The notes below the pieces were generated by a model. It was not told the origin of the DNA. It saw nothing but the letters and a program-made list of their open reading frames with translations, and searched no databases. A stretch of DNA of 63,156 bases, counting the filler, from Licmophora abbreviata (lineage: Eukaryota): the NCBI GenBank assembly GCA_900291995.1. It is 10 parts of 10 records of this genome, joined end to end, with 100 filler letters (N's around TTAATTAATTAA, not from the genome) between each part and the next. Parts side by side here need not be neighbours in the genome. Positions count along the whole stretch, not along the records: positions 1 to 1,880 come from OLMU01004879.1; positions 1,981 to 7,091 come from OLMU01004881.1; positions 7,192 to 21,686 come from OLMU01004883.1; 7 more parts are not named here. The stretch is one strand, 5' to 3'. The translations under genes were made by a program, and so were the position numbers. Numbering within the stretch: the stretch's first letter is position 1; every line of letters starts with the position of its first letter. Of the stretch, positions 1 through 10,152 are shown in pieces.

Positions 1-832
1 GTCCGTGTCTGCTCGACGCTACTGGCCACAGGGCGTGGTCCTTCCACGGCAGTCTATCCACTTGTTGACATTGTCGACAGCATCTGATCAATCCAGAGGC
101 GAGTGGATCTTAAAACAACGTGCGGGATACGGGTCGCATGGCAATCGCATTCTCTCGGCAGACGAAGTTCTGGAGCTCGCACCGACCATCACCGACGACT
201 GTTTGCTGCAACGAATGGTGTACCCCCCGCTGCTGATACAGGATCGTAAATTTACATTACGACTCTATGTCGTCCTCGTGGCGGAGAAAGTGTACCTTGC
301 GGCGAACGGACTCGTCAAGTTGGCATCGATGCCGTTTGTACAAAGCTCTGGTGCGTCGGCGGTTGACGAGCGCATGCATATGACCAACTCAGGACGCGAG
401 GACGACATGACGCAGTATGACTTTGAGTTCCTCGAGCGCGAGATTGAAAGACAGGGACGCTCGTATGTTTCAATGTGGTCGAATCTACGAGAGGCTGTGT
501 CAATCATAATGCGTGCTTATGTTGACTCTGCCGTTGCAAGCCAACCGCAGTCAACGTTTCGGTCAAAGCTAACGCGACTCGGTATCCCCAAGATATTGGG
601 GTTCGATTTCATGGTAAATGCTTCTGCAATCCCCCAATTGTTGGAAGTCAATCGCTTCCCCGGTCTCGAAGCTCGCGGCGATGGCGACCGAGAAGTCAAA
701 GCTGACATTGTGCAAGGTGCCTGGGCGATTGCGGCAAGGAGGATGGGAGTTGATCAGAAGGAGCTAGGTCTATTTGAGGAGATGAAGGCGCGTGAGGATC
801 TGTCAATATTGTTTGAAGAGATTGTATTATAG
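1..832 (+). CDS. Tubulin-tyrosine ligase (TTL/TTLL)-family ATP-grasp protein, 5' truncated at window edge
   Basis: Motifs WILK, LLQRMV.PPLLI..RKFTLRLYVV, HMTN, ILGFDFMV and LLEVNRFPGL are typical of TTL domains. Confidence 0.8.
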   Translation, partial: SVSARRYWPQGVVLPRQSIHLLTLSTASDQSRGEWILKQRAGYGSHGNRILSADEVLELAPTITDDCLLQRMVYPPLLIQDRKFTLRLYVVLVAEKVYLAANGLVKLASMPFVQSSGASAVDERMHMTNSGREDDMTQYDFEFLEREIERQGRSYVSMWSNLREAVSIIMRAYVDSAVASQPQSTFRSKLTRLGIPKILGFDFMVNASAIPQLLEVNRFPGLEARGDGDREVKADIVQGAWAIAARRMGVDQKELGLFEEMKAREDLSILFEEIVL

Positions 833-894
833 ATGCGTGCCCTTGGTGCTCACGATTTACCAACTACACTGCCCTCAAGTCTACTCGTCGTTGT

Positions 895-1722
895 TTACAC
901 AAATTCGCCTTGATCATTCAAATCCCAATAGTCAACGTGCGCCCCGCTCTTAAATTCATTCCTGAACACTAAGTCAATGAGTCTCCTAGCCGTGTCTTTT
1001 GGCGCAATGAGAGCAGTGCCAGCCACACCTCCTTCGAGTCCCGGCGCACTTCGCAGTTCCGCCGTCATATCGGTATCCAAGGCTCCGGGTGCATAGCTGA
1101 GCGTCTTAATGTTGCTGGTCTGCAACTCTTGAGCCACGACTGAATGATACATATCTCGTGCTGCCTTACCGGAACAGTAGCATGCCATGTTGGTAAATGG
1201 CTGAGCGGCGCAAAGAGACGAAATGTTGACCATTGTAATGGCGGTACCAGTACCGTTGGTTGGATTCGCAAATGCCTGCAGGAGTCGCGTGAAAAGCCAC
1301 AATGACGACGTGACGTTGAAATCCATGTACTTGCGAAAGTCTTGCAACGAGTCGGGCATGGACGTCGTAGGCCCCAAATGGCCTAGCGAACCGGCATTGT
1401 TGATGAATAGTAGGTGATCATATGGCATCGCTGATGATAGCTCATCGTCGAGAGAATTTTGTATGTCCTGTAGCAGTGTTTGAATGTTCTCTTCCAGTGA
1501 ATTTAAATCCGACAAGTCCATGGCATACTTTGAAACTGCTTCCAGTTGTACATTGCTCGCTGCCGCAACCTCTTTTATGGATTGTTCCGTTTCGTCGCAG
1601 GACGATCGGGCCACCAGCAGCACCTTCAATTTCGAAACATCGTGATTCTGAGCAACACAAGTCGCAATTGCCTGACCCAGTCCACGGGATGCCCCCGTGA
1701 CAATCAAAAGTACCCGAACCAT
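895..1722 (-). CDS. Sepiapterin reductase-like short-chain dehydrogenase/reductase
   Basis: ATG at 1722 (MVRVLLIVTGASRGLG); LFINNAGSLG, NISSLCA, YCSGKAARDM (YxxxK), SYAPGALDTDM and C-terminal FKSGAHVDYWD match sepiapterin reductases. Confidence 0.85.
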   Translation of the reverse strand: MVRVLLIVTGASRGLGQAIATCVAQNHDVSKLKVLLVARSSCDETEQSIKEVAAASNVQLEAVSKYAMDLSDLNSLEENIQTLLQDIQNSLDDELSSAMPYDHLLFINNAGSLGHLGPTTSMPDSLQDFRKYMDFNVTSSLWLFTRLLQAFANPTNGTGTAITMVNISSLCAAQPFTNMACYCSGKAARDMYHSVVAQELQTSNIKTLSYAPGALDTDMTAELRSAPGLEGGVAGTALIAPKDTARRLIDLVFRNEFKSGAHVDYWDLNDQGEFV

Positions 1723-1880
1723 ATGGTAGAGAGAAGAAGACTTCCAAGAGCGGGGAAACACAGGGTGTACGTGGGATGTATGGGATGCGCTCAAGTCTTG
1801 TCCCCATCTTGATGCGGGAAAGTACAACCGTCGAACATGACGTCACGAGTCGATCTTTTGAATCTTTTTCCCGCGCCCTC

Positions 1881-1980
1881 NNNNNNNNNNNNNNNNNNNN
1901 NNNNNNNNNNNNNNNNNNNNNNNNTTAATTAATTAANNNNNNNNNNNNNNNNNNNNNNNNNNNNNNNNNNNNNNNNNNNN
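1881..1980. other. Assembly gap linker (N44-TTAATTAATTAA-N44)
   Basis: The same 100-nt spacer occurs nine times; TTAATTAATTAA gives stops in all six frames. Confidence 0.97.
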
Positions 1981-2379
1981 CATACTCTGATTTAGACTTG
2001 AATTCCATCTCATTGATCCCCAGTCGACCGCCTGCCGAGGGTGGGGTGTTTGTAAGTGTGCTTCGTTCGTCCGTGTGTTTGTGCCTGGGTGATGCGTTGC
2101 TGAGATCAACGAATACATCGTTATATATACCCCTCATACACCTGCGTTTTACATATACAGACGGTGACTCTGAACGATGAGCTCTTATGGGATCGTGTCG
2201 AGGAGGGTGGATTTCCTCAACCTGAACAGCTCAAGCAGAAGATTCAAAATGGCTTGAAGCCATCTCGCAACTCGGGGAATATTGACGTCGTGAAAACTGA
2301 CGACGACGAATCAGCCGGCGGCGATCTTATGGATGATGAAGATGCGATCGAGATGAGAAAGTACTTTGGAGTCTTGTAA
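1981..2379 (+). CDS. Rdx-family (SelW/SelT/MIEN1-like) redox protein, 3' part; intron 2052-2160
   Basis: Spliced reading YSDLDLNSISLIPSRPPAEGGVF|TVTLNDELLWDRVEEGGFPQPEQLKQKI matches the Rdx C-terminal half; GTAAGT donor at 2052, CAG acceptor at 2160; the N-terminal CxxC/U region is lost in the gap. Confidence 0.7.
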
Positions 2380-2437
2380 AATAATCGAAACAAGCAACGT
2401 TGGGTCCTACTTCTAACTTGATTTATGGCTACGAACT

Positions 2438-4903
2438 CTACTCTTGTCCAAAGTCTCGTAGTGTGTCGTAGAGCATGCCGCACAACCGTTGGCATTCTTC
2501 AGGACTCGTGACTGGCGATGCCATTATGTAGAGGACGTTTCCAAGAGGACGCACATAAACTCCCTGCGAGCGCAGCCGCTGGGCCATGGGCATGGTGCGC
2601 GAGGCGGCGGCGTAGCCTGTGCCTCCGCTCTCGTCCGGACGAACCGTCACAGCGAGTACAGTGCCTAGAGAAAAACTCTGTTGGACAATTGGCAAGTAGG
2701 AGAGCTCCTTGACTTGATTCGTATCGAACAGGTTGCGTCGCGTCCCGGTATTGTCGTCTTTCGTAAGGACTTCGGCATAGGTTTCCAGCGCTTGGATCGA
2801 ACTCACACAACCGACTGGATGGGCAGTGTAAGAGTGTCCATGCAAAAGCGCTTGGCCCTTTTCGTCCCCTAGAAATGTCCTGAATACATCTTCGCTGGCG
2901 AGTGTTACGCTAAGAGGCAGTAGACCTCCCGTAAGGAGCTTAGCATAGCTCGCAATGTCAGGGTTGGCTTTCAGGATCTCGCGACAGCTACAAACCCCGA
3001 CTCGGTAAAGACCAGATGCGACCTCATCGAATACCACCGGAACTTTCTTGGCTCTTGCATAGTCCATAAGCGATCTCTGCCAGAGTGGATCTACAAACTT
3101 CATACCTCCTGCACCCATCAATATTGGTTCAATGAGCACCGAACCAATACGTCGGGGCCGTGACGCATCCTCGCTACCTTCGTAGGCATCCCATGCCTCA
3201 TGGATATGATGATGATAGTGCTGCGACAACAGAGAGTCCCGACGACTATCGACGTCCATGGCTTCCCCAATAGACCCCAGCGGAGGGACGTCCATGATCG
3301 GCTCTTCTCCGGGTGGAAACGAAATCTTCAATTCACCCTCCTGGAATCCCAACGTTGGAGTCGCCAAAAATAGGCCTTTCGGTTCGTACCACGGATGTTG
3401 TCCTTCGTTGAAAACACTCGGCTCTGCCACGTCCATAACTCCCAATGTATCGCCATGGTAGCAGTCTTGCTGTGCACACACTGCCCACTCGGTCGACTGG
3501 CTTTCTTCTTCCGATATGTTGTGCCACTTTTGATAGGTCTTCATGCCCATTTTGATGGAAACTTCCATTGCTGTACTCCCATCATCAGTGAAAAAGACGC
3601 GATGTGCCCAACCATGACCTGGACCTTTGGGTCCGACCAAGAGTTTGGAGAGTTTGAGAGCGGGGGAATGCACGACATCAGGGAAAATAACATGACCGTA
3701 CCGACCAGCCGCCGCGGCTGCCGCCAGCGACAAGGACGACTCGCCGTGTCCCAATCCCTGTGTCCACCACGAAGCACATGCATCAAACTGTGACAGACGC
3801 TCCAACCCATTAGTCTCGTTGCTGCTCTCTGTTAAGACTTGAAAGTCGTTACCACTGGCACTGTCAATAAGGGTCACCTTGCTGTCGTCCTGGAGCGTTC
3901 CGTGCTGCGTAAACGGCCACCAAATTACGTCACGACCCGACGAGCGCATCTCATTGAGCTCCTGTACATGCTGTCTCCAGGATTTGTCAAGATATTCATT
4001 GAAAGATTCTAGAGTTTCCGTCACCTGACTCGATCCGTACCATTCATGGAGTGGTTCTGGATTATCCGGCAACTGCGGCAACGACACAATAGCAGCGGCA
4101 GGATCCTGAAAGAGCGCCTTGCCACTTCCACTTCGAAGCTTAAACGCGCGACTGACATACTCTTGCAACGCCGATAGGTTGGCATATTCAGTTTCCAACA
4201 GCACTAGGCCCGCCACATCGTATCCTCGTACAATGAGAGACTCCAAAGACGACAATGTCGCACTGATCCCGCCCAAGCGTCCATCCCCCACCAAAACGAC
4301 CGGCGCCATGCCGAGCAGCGGTTGATATAGATCCGCTTGCGTACTCCATCCCCATGGCTCCTGAGGCGCCCCGTTGGCATGGCGTGGTGCCTGATTCAAT
4401 GGCGAGGCCGATGATGGACTCATGACACCACCAGCTGTCTCGATCCACGTCGTTGAAGGCTGTGGCTGGTGCGATATATCTGTAAGCTCCTCCTGAAGTG
4501 CCGAGATGACTTCATTGTCGCTTTGAGGGTGATTCTCGAGCCGTGACGCGGTGTGAGGGGAAGCGGGTGTATCCCAAGAGAAGAGTGTTCTTCCGCCCAC
4601 AATATTTGGCAGCGATGGCACGTGTTGTTCGACAAATTCCTGGTCGCTGCCTCCACACTGGAGTGGCTTGATATAGTGGACAGTCTGATTGGTGTTCGTT
4701 TGGGCCGATGCTCGCACTAAGCCTGCCGAAAGGACAGTTTTGCCGACATCAGTGTTGGCTCCAAACACGAGGTGAGTACGCACGTCAGGCGACACGCGGA
4801 TCCGACGAGTTGGCGAGGAGTTCACTGCGCTTGTCGTCAATGAAGCTCCCCTGGCACAACTTGTTCTACCAGACAGTACATATCTGTAAGCAAGCGTTGT
4901 CAT
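2438..4903 (-). CDS. BIO3-BIO1: Bifunctional dethiobiotin synthetase / 7,8-diaminopelargonate aminotransferase (biotin synthesis), probably mitochondrial
   Basis: BioD motifs VFGANTDVGKT, ETAGGVMSP and DGRLGGIS, then BioA motifs WWPFTQH, DACASWWTQG, DDGSTAMEV, YHGDT, FDEV and AKLLTGG; basic, Ser/Thr-rich N-terminus. Confidence 0.95.
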   Translation of the reverse strand: MTTLAYRYVLSGRTSCARGASLTTSAVNSSPTRRIRVSPDVRTHLVFGANTDVGKTVLSAGLVRASAQTNTNQTVHYIKPLQCGGSDQEFVEQHVPSLPNIVGGRTLFSWDTPASPHTASRLENHPQSDNEVISALQEELTDISHQPQPSTTWIETAGGVMSPSSASPLNQAPRHANGAPQEPWGWSTQADLYQPLLGMAPVVLVGDGRLGGISATLSSLESLIVRGYDVAGLVLLETEYANLSALQEYVSRAFKLRSGSGKALFQDPAAAIVSLPQLPDNPEPLHEWYGSSQVTETLESFNEYLDKSWRQHVQELNEMRSSGRDVIWWPFTQHGTLQDDSKVTLIDSASGNDFQVLTESSNETNGLERLSQFDACASWWTQGLGHGESSLSLAAAAAAGRYGHVIFPDVVHSPALKLSKLLVGPKGPGHGWAHRVFFTDDGSTAMEVSIKMGMKTYQKWHNISEEESQSTEWAVCAQQDCYHGDTLGVMDVAEPSVFNEGQHPWYEPKGLFLATPTLGFQEGELKISFPPGEEPIMDVPPLGSIGEAMDVDSRRDSLLSQHYHHHIHEAWDAYEGSEDASRPRRIGSVLIEPILMGAGGMKFVDPLWQRSLMDYARAKKVPVVFDEVASGLYRVGVCSCREILKANPDIASYAKLLTGGLLPLSVTLASEDVFRTFLGDEKGQALLHGHSYTAHPVGCVSSIQALETYAEVLTKDDNTGTRRNLFDTNQVKELSYLPIVQQSFSLGTVLAVTVRPDESGGTGYAAASRTMPMAQRLRSQGVYVRPLGNVLYIMASPVTSPEECQRLCGMLYDTLRDFGQE

Positions 4904-5558
4904 ACTTCAATCGTTTTGGAGGCACAGCCAGGAGAATGAGGACTGCCGTTCTCATCGGCGCGGCCAAAGATCTTTTGTGACACGTTCAACGTCTCATCGC
5001 GGCGCGCGTCTCGCCACGGGGCGGGATCTTGCGAACCTGTGGCGGACGACGGCCAGCAAAAGGACATTCTTCAGAAGCCAGCCATAAATAGTTTCTTCGA
5101 CGCCACGACTGAACCTTGACGGCGACCCTTACCGTGCAACAAAAAGAATGCGACGTTTGCACAAGAGAAGTCTCAAATGCAAACACAATGCTCTGCCGTC
5201 TAATTAGCCTCTTCAAATTCTGATGATCGACTTCAAGGTGTGTTGCTACTCGAGATTCAAGTAAATCTTATGCGAGCTTGCAAGTTCGACTGCGAAACGT
5301 TTCCCTCTGTAGAGACTATCGGTCCATATCACGACGTTCGATTGATGGCGTAAGGTTCGCACTGTCTAATACCTCGATACGCGACTCTGGAGCATTTCGT
5401 AGAAGGGAAGTCGCAATAAGTAGAGTGAACCTTAGACTACGTCCAGAAACTAATCGACCTTAAAATTCGCCCATCAACAAAAAATCAGCGGCATTCATGC
5501 ACAGCCTGACAAGGACACACAAGATGCACTGTTGCGGACATGCAGTTACGAAACAGAC

Positions 5559-7068
5559 CTAACTAACGCGGGCCTTCTTGCTCACGTGGCCAGCTGTCGC
5601 CTTCTTCTGGAGCTCGTCGAGGGTGCTCTCCAGACGATGCTCCAGCGTCATGTGGTTGTCGGGGCCTAGGCCAAGACAGGCGCGCATGACGTTGACAATG
5701 GCACAACGCTGCGTGAACAAAGCATTCACGACGGGTGCACCGTTGGGCACAAGCGGGGCCTTTAGCATGTAAGAGAGGAGAGAGAGAACTGGGTGGAACG
5801 CTTCCCACTTTTCTTCCCCAGCCTTTCGCATCGTGATGCGTTCACAGAGTTCCCCAAGAATCACAAGGTCATAAATGAGAGGAGTAGCCAGGAGCGAATC
5901 TTCACAAGTGTTGTGCATCACGATGGTATTCTTGCCACCCATGAAGATTTCGGAAGTGTATTCGTCCATGGCACGCTTCGAGTCTGCGACGTACGGGACG
6001 TATTTGATCACAACGACATGGTCCGGGTGCTCGTCTTCCTCAAACAACATGCGATTCGACGCCACCATGTCGTCAACAACGTTTGATTTGCTAATTTCTT
6101 TGCTTCGGAATTGACTCGGGGCACTGAGATTCTTTCCATCGTTGTTGCCAAGGTGATTATAGGAAACGATACTCACGGGCTTGATACCGGCCGAGACGAG
6201 GAAATCAATCAGTACACTTTTCATCTTGGTCTGGCCACTTTTGAAGTCATCTCCAGCAACATGAACCTTGTGTTGACGTGCAAGTTCAATGACACCAGGC
6301 ACGAACGTATTCTGGGGCGAGCCGTTGATGAATTGGCAACCCTCGAGGATTGAAGCGACCGCGAACACGGTCGACGCGCTCACCTCCGCTTCACCACGAC
6401 CGATGCTGGCAATCAAATTCTCGGCCGTGTCATTAACGCCTTCCTCCACACTTGCGAATCGCTCTGTGTTGGCCGTCCAGAGAAGTATGACCTTGTCGCA
6501 CCCGTTCTTCGTCTTGAAATCGCGAATATCCTGGCGGAGCTTGTCCATCTGCTCCTGCTTGGTACCAGTCAGCACATTGTCGGCGCGCTCGCCCTGATTG
6601 GCGGCGATAAAGTCCGGGAAGTAGACACTAGGAAGCGGCTTGATATCCTTCATGTAAGGATAGAGCTTGTTCTGAAGGTCCACGTCAAAGACCCTGGCGC
6701 GCTTCATTGCGTCGCCGAGGTTCATCCCGTTGATGTCCCACCCTCCCCACACAATCTCGTTTGGGTCGACCATGGGAAGCATATTCTTGATAGGCGTATA
6801 GACCGAATTGCCATGAGCATCGTTGCCGAGCTTGACAGTCGACGCCATCATGAGACTTCCCCAGTAGTTGGCCTCCTTGGTTCCCTCCTTGGTCTCCCAA
6901 GTCAGTCCAAGCTTGTTGGCAATGGCACCCGCCACGCAAGAGCTACCATTGTTTCCACCCATTCCGACCAACATGACGCCCAGTTTTGGGACCTTGGTTT
7001 CCGTCTTGAACTGCATTTTGCTCTCGACGGGCTTGAGTACGTTGCCTTAGACCATGGTGGTCTCGTAG
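5559..7068 (-). CDS. INO1: myo-inositol-1-phosphate synthase (first exon probably in the gap; in-frame TAA at 7047-7049)
   Basis: [46 protein letters not shown] and [10 protein letters not shown]; homology continues upstream of the ATG at 7016 to a CAG acceptor at 7069-7071. Confidence 0.95.
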
Positions 7069-7091
7069 CTGATGGGGGTAGCAACAGATGG

Positions 7092-7191
7092 NNNNNNNNN
7101 NNNNNNNNNNNNNNNNNNNNNNNNNNNNNNNNNNNTTAATTAATTAANNNNNNNNNNNNNNNNNNNNNNNNNNNNNNNNNNNNNNNNNNNN
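7092..7191. other. Assembly gap linker
   Basis: N-TTAATTAATTAA-N spacer. Confidence 0.97.
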
Positions 7192-7367
7192 AAACGCGCA
7201 TAAGTCATTGGTCATTGCAAGAGAGCACAAAGAAGCCCCTTATGCTCACAATTTGGTTCACTTTCATGCATTCACGAGTTCACGAGTGCGAAACAAGCCC
7301 AACATCACGCTCACAGGCGCTCACAATCACCTACCGAGTCCTCTCGAAAGCTTCTAGTAAAGCTATA

Positions 7368-7727
7368 ATGGACGAAGTCGCAGCATGTCCCGCTGCAACA
7401 GCGCAATCATCGCTCCCTCAGCGTCGTCGCTTTCAGAGACGTGGATCGGTGACAGAGCATACCATGCGTGCCCAACAAGTCGTGCTGAACAGTATGATAC
7501 ACGGCCCCAACACACTGTATGGTGCAGCAGGATTGCCGCCCTCATCTGCAACGATTGCCGAAGAGCAATTCTTGTACGCTCAGGGACGTGGCAGTTTGGG
7601 TCCTGCCTCGGCCCGTCGCCCATTGAGCGTAGGCACGATGAACTCCAGTGTACACACTCTTGCATCTTTGGATTCTAGTACTCGAACAGTCGAGTCGTGC
7701 GCTGGAAGTGAGCCCCAGACTCGTTGA
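7368..7727 (+). CDS. Small, probably disordered hypothetical protein with RRRFQRRGSVT motif
   Basis: ATG at 7368 (MDEVAACP), 119 aa, Ser-rich, contains an RRGS kinase-site-like motif. Confidence 0.55.
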   Translation: MDEVAACPAATAQSSLPQRRRFQRRGSVTEHTMRAQQVVLNSMIHGPNTLYGAAGLPPSSATIAEEQFLYAQGRGSLGPASARRPLSVGTMNSSVHTLASLDSSTRTVESCAGSEPQTR

Positions 7728-8110
7728 GGCAGGGCTACTTTTTGACTTTTCCTTTCAAATCCCAAGTTACGACCGGGTCGCTCTATTGCGGCCATCAGCT
7801 ACTACTCCGTTAGGGTTAGGGATAGCTACCTGCCTGATCAGTAGCCTCGACTCCTCTTTGCCCAATTCTTGTTTTCGAGTTCGTCGGCATCGCATAGCAT
7901 ATCATAACATCCTAGATCTATTCAAGTTTTCTATTTACAATTGCAAGCGCAAGCCGAACAGGTAACGCTAGAGACTGCGAAACACGCTGACTGGAAATGA
8001 AGGACGCTGACGGCCAATGAGCTGCATGCGACCTATCGGTGCGCGTCCTTTCGTAATCTCCTCGTCTCCCTAAAATTTCAGTTGTTATATCTCATCGCCG
8101 CTTCGAGGAG

Positions 8111-8821
8111 TCATCCTTCTTCTTGCTTCATGAAGAAGTTGGGATCTCTTCTGAATCGCCGTTCGAATCGCTGCATCCACCGATCAAAAATATTGACCGG
8201 CACTGTCATCATGCTACTATTACTCGTATCAAAGCTCCGCATATACTGAAAAAGGTCGTTGGCAACCTTTTGAGCGACAAACAGTCTATTTTCCGGAGTC
8301 ACGTCGTGCTGTAGATTCTCAACATTGGCAAGGGGTTCGATCGACACTCCCAGTGTTACATGCAACGGTGCGGCAGTCGCAGCGCTGTTGCGCTCCATTT
8401 CCAATAATCGCTCGTCGAGTGCCCATCCTGTACGAAAAACTCCAGATGGTCGCGCATGAGTAAGGGCTCCCAGCAGTTCAAAGCCGGGCGTGTCAGGGCG
8501 TGATGGAGGAGCGCCGGGGACGCCCGGTGCACCATTGCAAGCAATTTGCCAATATACGAGTACACCGAAATCTGGTGGCAGTGGCGCATTTGGAAGCAAG
8601 AAGCATACCACCTCGGGAATCGATGAAAGAGGCATTGGAAGATCTCCTGGAGCTTGTAGCACCAAAGTGAGCTTGGATCCCGTTACATCGGCCGTGACAA
8701 AGTCCGTTCGAACGGGACCTCCTGGAACCAGAACTCCAAGCAGCTGAGAGGTCGGCGATTGTGACGCTGGTGATCCAAGAGGAGGCGCTTGTGCAGGGGA
8801 AGTAAAGGAGTCAACGTCCAT
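8111..8821 (-). CDS. Hikeshi/OPI10-like nuclear import carrier for Hsp70
   Basis: VVCFLLP, FELLGAL...RPSGVF, LGVSIEP, AQKVANDLFQYMRSF and C-terminal FDRWMQRFERRFRRDPNF. Confidence 0.85.
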   Translation of the reverse strand: MDVDSFTSPAQAPPLGSPASQSPTSQLLGVLVPGGPVRTDFVTADVTGSKLTLVLQAPGDLPMPLSSIPEVVCFLLPNAPLPPDFGVLVYWQIACNGAPGVPGAPPSRPDTPGFELLGALTHARPSGVFRTGWALDERLLEMERNSAATAAPLHVTLGVSIEPLANVENLQHDVTPENRLFVAQKVANDLFQYMRSFDTSNSSMMTVPVNIFDRWMQRFERRFRRDPNFFMKQEEG

Positions 8822-9194
8822 GGTCGGTTGTCACGATGTATGTATTCTTTGAGTCAAAAATAAGCTGCGTGTCGTTTAGTCTAGTCCACGTTTAGTCAAA
8901 AAAAATAAATAGTCCATGGTCCAAGTGACAGTTTTGTGGTGTGCGGTCGCGATGATGAGTGCTGCGACGACGAGTTTCGAATTCGGAACGCGACGCGAAC
9001 TCTTATTGTTGGTGCGACACGACAGAGCTCGCAGGTTGAAAGGATGCAAACACGGCGGGACGAAGAACAGCATCAAAATGTGCAGAGGCTCTAGACCTTA
9101 TAGAGATTCTTACGACAGTCGAGCTGACCTTGCGAGTCTCCCGATTCAGAATTCCCATCAGTTCTGAACTTCTAAGTTGGAAAATCTCAAACAG

Positions 9195-9857
9195 CTAGCA
9201 ATATTTGTCGCTCTTCTTTTTTGTTCTCATGTCGAGCAGGTCGGCTCGAGTTGCTTTATCATCGACATGCGCCCGTCGTACTCGGTAGCTCCCATGCTCC
9301 GTCTTTTCCCGATAGACCAACTCTTTGCTCGTACCATACGTTCCAAAGGCAAGCTGTTCTTCGTCCTTCTTGTCTTGGATGGACTGTTGCACCTTTTGTT
9401 GTTGCTCTTTGGCGCGATCACGCGGTTTACGAAGAATGTAATAGGGCGTCGGCGTCTTGAGGTTGGTAGAGAGCGCCGACGAAAAGGCACACGACGTGTT
9501 GGACAGCCGCATGGTGACGACTCGCATTTCCTGCTGTTGATTGTGGTGTACAATCACCGCATCTCCCTGCGAAAGTTCTTTTTCGAACCGTGTGTCGTGG
9601 CCCGTCACGACGGTTCCCGAAGAGGTAATCCGACCTGACCCCTGCTCCATTTTCGGTGCTTGTGGTTTCGCTATTTGCTGGGACGACTCGGAAGTAGGCG
9701 CACTTGACCTTGGAACCACCAGAGGAGGAAGCGTGCTGTGTGATGTGACTGCTGACGGCTTTCGGTTGGGGGGAGGGACTGACGAATGTTTGCTCTTTTT
9801 TGACTTCTTTTTCTTGGGGACATCTTCTCCTTTGAACACGAGCTTCCCTCGACCCAT
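9195..9857 (-). CDS. FRG1-like nuclear protein (FRG1-like termini, atypical core)
   Basis: N-terminal MGRGKLVFKGE followed by a Lys-rich NLS, and C-terminal LLDMRTKKKSDKYC, resemble FRG1 ends. Confidence 0.6.
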   Translation of the reverse strand: MGRGKLVFKGEDVPKKKKSKKSKHSSVPPPNRKPSAVTSHSTLPPLVVPRSSAPTSESSQQIAKPQAPKMEQGSGRITSSGTVVTGHDTRFEKELSQGDAVIVHHNQQQEMRVVTMRLSNTSCAFSSALSTNLKTPTPYYILRKPRDRAKEQQQKVQQSIQDKKDEEQLAFGTYGTSKELVYREKTEHGSYRVRRAHVDDKATRADLLDMRTKKKSDKYC

Positions 9858-10152
9858 GGTTTTCAATACGGTTCTTCTTTAGTGCCAACGGAGGTGGAAG
9901 AACGACAAAGCCAATGTTCTTTCTTGGCTGCGAGACTGGGCCGACACACGACGACAGCGGCATTCACTCGCTCAGTTTCGTCCGTCCGTCTTCGCGCTCG
10001 GCGCCGTCCGCCACCGTCCGCCTTCCATTATCGCGAGTTTGCACGAAATCATCGGCGCCGCGTCTTTCGCCTAGTCTCATCGCGTCTCTCTCGGTATCAC
10101 TCTTACTTTGTGAACCTGGTTGTACCACACATTCAATACTCTCCAGTCGACC

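Noticed and set aside
2438..4903. BioD-BioA fusion as a novelty
   Set aside because: BIO3-BIO1 fusion is the established form in plants, most fungi and many algae
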